A program made the translations under genes and the position numbers. Below the pieces are notes generated by a model that saw only the letters and a list, made by a program, of their open reading frames with translations, did no database searches and was not told where the DNA came from. Positions 59,327-64,000 of a stretch of 64,000 nucleotides of DNA are shown piece by piece. Numbering within the stretch: position 1 is the stretch's first letter; every line of letters starts with the position of its first letter. The stretch is from positions 2,116,711-2,180,710 of the forward strand of contig OZ244057.1 in the NCBI GenBank assembly GCA_965215515.1. Reading direction: 5' to 3'. This DNA comes from Oligoflexales bacterium (lineage in GTDB: Bacteria > Bdellovibrionota_B > Oligoflexia > Oligoflexales > JAPPIL01).

Positions 59327-60257
59327 AACTTGCTGGTCGGCGCGGGGCTGGTATAATGACTGGAGTGATGTTTATTATTAGCGAGGACAACTGCTCATGA
59401 GCACGGACAAAGAGCCCTCGTACATCGACAAAAAGCTGGCACAGTTCACCGCGCGTTTTGAGGCTGCCTTGGAGAAGGAACGCGAGGAGCGTATCGCGGC
59501 GCGCAAGGAATACGATGCCAAGCTGGAGAAGGAACGCAAGGAATACGATGCCCAGCGTGTCAAAGATCGGGAGGAGCACCGCCGCGTGGTAGCGGTAGAA
59601 ACGGGCAAGTTGTACGACATGTGGGGCAAGCTAGCCGAGTTTGTCATCGAGTCGGGCATCGTTACCACCCTCAACCGCCATCACGATCTCCACGTCGACG
59701 ATGCCTTACCTAGTGTCGGCGTGCGTTGTCAGGATGAGGACGGCAAACCTGAAGACGGACAGATCGACATCATCGTTTCAGGGGAGCGGGACATAGTCAT
59801 CGTCGAGACCAAGACAACGTTGACGGTGGGTGACGTTAAGTATTTTCTGGGCAAATATCTGCGCAGTTATACGCGTTGGCAGGCTTCGTCACCGCATATC
59901 AATCTGCCGAGCTGTGCGGGCATGCGTCTGTTCGGTTGTCTGGCTTACATGAAGGCAGAGCCGCGTGCCGAAGAAGTAGCCGTGCGGGAGGGTTTGCTTA
60001 CCGTGCATGCTTTCGGCGACAGCAGCGATCTCGCTCACCCCGATACCGCCTTGATCGACTATCATCCCGACCGCTATCATCGCCGCGCACAACAGCACCC
60101 GAACAGCCGCTGAAGTATCTCGCTTCTTTGTCATTTACATATCTCAGTAAAAGCAGAATTACTCAGTAAAATCAGGTATCTATAAAAAAATTTAAGCAAA
60201 AAAAAAACACCCGATGTCAGCACTGAAGGTTGTCGTTGATGTTTTGTAAATTCATGG
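59327..60257 (+). repeat. Dispersed ~0.93-kb direct repeat, copy 2
   Basis: Near-identical to 23999-24983, with one fewer 54-bp unit. Confidence 0.95.
59397..60113 (+). CDS. Coiled-coil-repeat PD-(D/E)XK nuclease-domain protein, copy 2
   Basis: Protein identical to 24069-24839 except one K/E change and loss of one 18-aa repeat. Confidence 0.8.
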   Translation: MSTDKEPSYIDKKLAQFTARFEAALEKEREERIAARKEYDAKLEKERKEYDAQRVKDREEHRRVVAVETGKLYDMWGKLAEFVIESGIVTTLNRHHDLHVDDALPSVGVRCQDEDGKPEDGQIDIIVSGERDIVIVETKTTLTVGDVKYFLGKYLRSYTRWQASSPHINLPSCAGMRLFGCLAYMKAEPRAEEVAVREGLLTVHAFGDSSDLAHPDTALIDYHPDRYHRRAQQHPNSR

Positions 60258-60267
60258 GAGGAGTGTG

Positions 60268-61020
60268 ATGAGAAGGATCGGCGTGTTGAGTGGCATTGTG
60301 TTGTCGATAGGAAGTTGCAAGCCTATGTATGACAGGGATGGTCTCGATCCTGTCAGTAAACCAGAGTATGTAGTTTCGGAGGGTGGCACGATTTTGACTG
60401 CACTACCTGGCAAGGAGGGTGGCATTTGCATGGTGAAATCGTTGCTGGGTGATCCGAAGACGGCTCGTTTAGTGACCACGAAGGGAGCGCTTAGCGAAAA
60501 GCAACTCAAGTCGGCACTGCGTTTTATGGGCTATGGGGAGCACGTCGCTTCTACCATCGGAGCTGGTATCGCTGGTGGGGTTGCTGGTGCTGCTGTGGTT
60601 ATTGGTAAGGTTGGTGCTGCTGGGGTTACTGCTGCTGCTTTGCTTAATCCAGTTGTTTTGGGGGTCACAATTGGGGTGACCGCGGCAGGTGTCATGGGCT
60701 ACCGCATTATCAAGGGCAATGTCAGGGGTGAGAAAGCTGGTCCCATATCGGTACACAGTATCGTGGGGTCAGTTGCTGTTGCAGGTGGGGCAGTTCCTGT
60801 AGGTGCTGCTGCTTCTTCTCTTCTTAGCATTGCATTTTCCCCCATTACTGAATTTTTTCATCGCAGGGGCAGGCTGGGCAAGGCATTAAACGATGAGGAA
60901 GAGTTGCGTTTTACCGAAAAACGCATGCGCAAGCTGATTGAGGAAGTGAAAGCGGGCAGCGAGCGCCCTGAGTATCCTAACGGATGCGATCATATCAAAA
61001 CAGATCTGCAGCAGGAGTGA
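60268..61020 (+). CDS. Orphan lipoprotein with Gly/Ala-rich (glycine-zipper-like) hydrophobic segments
   Basis: GGAGGAG RBS; lipobox SIGSC; 'GAGIAGGVAGAAVVIG...GVTIGVTAAGVMG'. Confidence 0.7.
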   Translation: MRRIGVLSGIVLSIGSCKPMYDRDGLDPVSKPEYVVSEGGTILTALPGKEGGICMVKSLLGDPKTARLVTTKGALSEKQLKSALRFMGYGEHVASTIGAGIAGGVAGAAVVIGKVGAAGVTAAALLNPVVLGVTIGVTAAGVMGYRIIKGNVRGEKAGPISVHSIVGSVAVAGGAVPVGAAASSLLSIAFSPITEFFHRRGRLGKALNDEEELRFTEKRMRKLIEEVKAGSERPEYPNGCDHIKTDLQQE

Positions 61021-61062
61021 CCCACGCGTCTGCATGCAGGGCTGTGTGCGGAGCGGGGTGAG

Positions 61063-62211
61063 TCACCCCGCTTTGCGTGCTTCTTGCAGCCGCGGTAGTG
61101 TGACGGTGAACACCGTGCCTTGCGGTAGGTTAGCGCTGAGCACGATCCGTCCTCGGTGTGCAGTCACGATTTCGCTGGCGATAGTAAGGCCGATACCTGT
61201 GCCGCAGCGGTTGCTTTTGGTGGTGAAAAAAGAATCGAAGATTCTTGTGTATAGTCTTTTTTCCACACCTGTGCCAGTGTCGGCGATGTGCACCGCCACC
61301 TGCCCCTCTTCCTGCGTGGCACGAATAGTTACGCGGCGCTCGTGCTTGTCTTCCACAGCATCGCAGGCATTGCTGATAATGTTGCTGAACACCTGCTCTA
61401 ACTGCTGTTTACGTCCTTGCAATACACAGTCAGGAGGCAAGTCGTTGTCTACTGTTACGCGACAATCGCGCAGCTTGGTGCTGAGCATTTCCAGAGACTC
61501 ACCGATCAACGCAGCAAGGTTGACTTTTTGCATGGATTCGTCGCTTCCCGAAACTCGCACCTGCAACAGACGTGTCGTATAGCGTGCCACCTTCTCCACC
61601 GCACGCCGCACTGCACCCGCGGCACTCATTACCTGCGCATCACGTCGGCAATGCTGTGATTCTAACACACAGTCGGTAAAACCTTTCAGTACTGTCAGAG
61701 GGCTGCGGATATCGTGCGCAATGCCCGCGGCAAGCTTGCCCATCTCCGCAAACCGCCCCGCCTGCAACAACCGACGTTGCGACTTCAGCTGCTCGCTAAC
61801 ATCACGCAACATAGAAATAGTTTTGACGAAGTTACCGCCGCGATCAAACAAGGCAAAAGATTTTATTTTAATGCCCAGCATATCTCCTTGTTTGGTTTTT
61901 ATTTTGGTAAAAACCTCCAGCCTGCCCTGTTGCAGCAGAAGTTTAAAGCCACGGCGTGTTTCTTCTCGATCGACGTAGAGGTCGTAGATGCTCATATGCA
62001 ACAGCTCTGTCAGGCTATAGCCGTAGAGCTGCAAAGCACAGGGATTGGCCGCGACGAATTTTTCCTCCCTATTCACAGAATGTATCGCTTCGGGCAGGCC
62101 AGCCACGATGTCAGCCACGACATCATGCGTGGGTAACACCCCCTCCGCATCTCGTAACGTGAGGCGTTCGGTGCGCAAGGCCGCGACAAAGTCGGCAAAG
62201 TTTTCCACCAT
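61063..62211 (-). CDS. Cytoplasmic PAS sensor histidine kinase (NtrB-like)
   Basis: PAS domain; H-box AHDIRSPL; N-box NIISNACDA; DTGTG; GTGIGL. Confidence 0.92.
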   Translation of the reverse strand: MVENFADFVAALRTERLTLRDAEGVLPTHDVVADIVAGLPEAIHSVNREEKFVAANPCALQLYGYSLTELLHMSIYDLYVDREETRRGFKLLLQQGRLEVFTKIKTKQGDMLGIKIKSFALFDRGGNFVKTISMLRDVSEQLKSQRRLLQAGRFAEMGKLAAGIAHDIRSPLTVLKGFTDCVLESQHCRRDAQVMSAAGAVRRAVEKVARYTTRLLQVRVSGSDESMQKVNLAALIGESLEMLSTKLRDCRVTVDNDLPPDCVLQGRKQQLEQVFSNIISNACDAVEDKHERRVTIRATQEEGQVAVHIADTGTGVEKRLYTRIFDSFFTTKSNRCGTGIGLTIASEIVTAHRGRIVLSANLPQGTVFTVTLPRLQEARKAG

Positions 62212-62223
62212 GTGTGCTTCCCC

Positions 62224-62817
62224 TCAGTGAACACCGTGTTTGAGATAACTGCGTCGTGCCGCCTCCTCGTTATCGAGGTCGGGATGTTTGGTGTTTTCTT
62301 CTTTGATACTCGTTACGCCACCTTCGAGCACAGGGCGTTGCGCCAAATAGTCCTTGGTGTAAACCCACTTCTCGCCCGCGTTGCCCGCCATCGTGTATTC
62401 AGGCCCTAGACGAATAGCATCGACAGGGCATGCTTCCTCGCACATGCCACAAAATACACACCGCAAGATGTCGATCTCAAAACGCGTCGGATACTTTTCA
62501 ATGGCATTGTCGGGATGGTCGGCCGCTTCGATGTGGATACAATCCGCGGGGCAGGCGGTTGCACAGAGGAAACATGCCGTGCAACGTATCTCGCCATCGT
62601 CGCGCAGGGTCAAGAAATGCTTGCCCTTGAAACGCTCGCCATAATCTGCAGGTTGTTCAGGCCATTCCAACGTGTTACTTGCCTCCCGTTTGCAGAGTTG
62701 ACGGAGGAAAATTCCCATCGTCAGTCGCATCCCTCTCCCTATCTCGGCAAAATAACCTGCAACTTGAAAAAATATATTGCGGTCGACAGGCGGTCGCTTA
62801 ACCCTAACTATCCCCAT
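62224..62817 (-). CDS. nuoI: NADH-quinone oxidoreductase subunit I
   Basis: Two CxxCxxCxxxCP motifs; FEIDILRCVFCGMCEEACP. Confidence 0.93.
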   Translation of the reverse strand: MGIVRVKRPPVDRNIFFQVAGYFAEIGRGMRLTMGIFLRQLCKREASNTLEWPEQPADYGERFKGKHFLTLRDDGEIRCTACFLCATACPADCIHIEAADHPDNAIEKYPTRFEIDILRCVFCGMCEEACPVDAIRLGPEYTMAGNAGEKWVYTKDYLAQRPVLEGGVTSIKEENTKHPDLDNEEAARRSYLKHGVH

Positions 62818-64000
62818 TAGCTTGTCTCCAATGTGTTATAGTGCTCCGCCAGTGTCGCGACCAAGGCTGCGACACTCATCATCTCCACACTGACGGGGGT
62901 GGTGGCTGACTGTAGCTGCCGTTCTATGCCAGCATAATTGCGATATGTGCCGCTCTGCTCGGCGAAACAGGACAGGGCGAGCACCTGTCGATAGCGGTAG
63001 TCGAGCACTTGTTTAGCACTCGCCCACAGCGACACGTAGGGCAACTCCTGCAGTTTTTGTAAATCCGTTGCGATGTCGGCAAACGTAGCCCACACCTGGG
63101 GGGCGAGGGCGATCACGGTGTCGTAGTCGCCCGCGACCAAGGTGTCGAATTCGTTGTCTTGTTTCTTCGTGATGCCGAACTCGGCTAACGCCTCCAGCAA
63201 ACCGCGGCTGTTGGGGTTTTGATCGCCGCGCCACAGAATGCCGTCAAACTGCGTCACATCCTCTTGTCTGCTACGCCACTGGTGTATGTTGTTGATGCCG
63301 AGTTCTCGGACGAAGAAAGCAAACAGGGCACGGTAGTCTTCCGTCGTGTATTGCGGCGTAACCAGCAGAGCCACCTTCGATGCTTGTTGTAGCTGCCGTG
63401 CTAAGGCTTGCAATGCTTGCGTCACATCGGTTTTCACCATCGTCTGGTCTGCGTCTGTCGTCGCGGCTAGGTGTGCACCGAGCACGCGTTGCTCGACGTT
63501 GAGGTGTTCGTACATGCCGCGCCCGAAATTACACATCCAATGCCCGTTAACTTCAGAAAAGCGCGGCTTGATACGGTAATAACGTTTCAAGTTAGCGTTG
63601 TAAGATAGATCGATAGCACAACCCGTCGCGCACCCTGGGCAGACAGTCTGGGCATCTTGCGTAAACCAGACACGTTTTTTGAAGCGAAAGTCCTTGGAGG
63701 TGAACGCCCCTACGGGGCAGATATCGACGAGGTTAGTGGTGTAGTTGTGCTCGATGCGTTTATCTTGGTATGTGCCGATGATGGCGCGATCGCCACGGTC
63801 GAAAATTCCTAGACCTCCTGTCTTGGTCACTTCGTCTTCGAAACGCACACAGCGTGAGCAAAGAATGCAGCGTTCGGTGTCGAGTACCAAGTCGGTGCCG
63901 ACATCGAGTTTTTTGGGTTTTAAAACCTTGTCTTGGGTCATCTGTGCTTGGTACTTACCGACTTGCATGTAGTAGTCCTGCAAACCGCATTCACCTGCCT
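62817..64000 (-). CDS. nuoG: NADH-quinone oxidoreductase subunit G (partial; 5' end beyond the window)
   Basis: AGECGLQD, RCILCSRCVRF, DICPVGAFTSK and CPGCATGC. Confidence 0.9.
   Translation of the reverse strand, partial: AGECGLQDYYMQVGKYQAQMTQDKVLKPKKLDVGTDLVLDTERCILCSRCVRFEDEVTKTGGLGIFDRGDRAIIGTYQDKRIEHNYTTNLVDICPVGAFTSKDFRFKKRVWFTQDAQTVCPGCATGCAIDLSYNANLKRYYRIKPRFSEVNGHWMCNFGRGMYEHLNVEQRVLGAHLAATTDADQTMVKTDVTQALQALARQLQQASKVALLVTPQYTTEDYRALFAFFVRELGINNIHQWRSRQEDVTQFDGILWRGDQNPNSRGLLEALAEFGITKKQDNEFDTLVAGDYDTVIALAPQVWATFADIATDLQKLQELPYVSLWASAKQVLDYRYRQVLALSCFAEQSGTYRNYAGIERQLQSATTPVSVEMMSVAALVATLAEHYNTLETS

Noticed and set aside
1..64000. CRISPR array, cas genes, reverse transcriptase, integrase or intact transposase
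   Set aside because: No regularly spaced repeat-spacer array and no ORF with the diagnostic motifs was seen.

Overview
Bacterial chromosomal window with mostly housekeeping genes: PBP1A, murB, sucD, fusA, ccmABCDE plus a thioredoxin, cpoB-like, hemW, ihfA, rny, tatB, lgt, ahpC, pilD, mutS2, rsmE, sodB, nuoG/nuoI and an initiator tRNA-Met. Gene content (RNase Y with IHF, system I ccm genes, CglF-like peptide, prepilin peptidase) suggests a Bdellovibrionota/Oligoflexia-like or deltaproteobacterial organism. This is an inference, and so is a possible host-associated lifestyle. An accessory layer sits between the housekeeping genes. (1) A ~0.95-kb cassette with its own promoter and a coiled-coil/PD-(D/E)XK nuclease gene occurs twice, and its promoter occurs a third time alone. 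(2) There are at least seven orphan secreted or lipoprotein genes, several with membrane-hairpin segments and several behind sigma28/FliA-like promoters, some with poly-A spacers. (3) A decayed conjugative-island remnant lies at tRNA-fMet, with a VirB4 fragment, hicB and a prepilin-leader::hicA chimera. (4) Deletion scars are scattered through the window: orphan IS ends, a tatB fragment and a Smr-less mutS2. All calls come from reading motifs by eye; no database searches were run.
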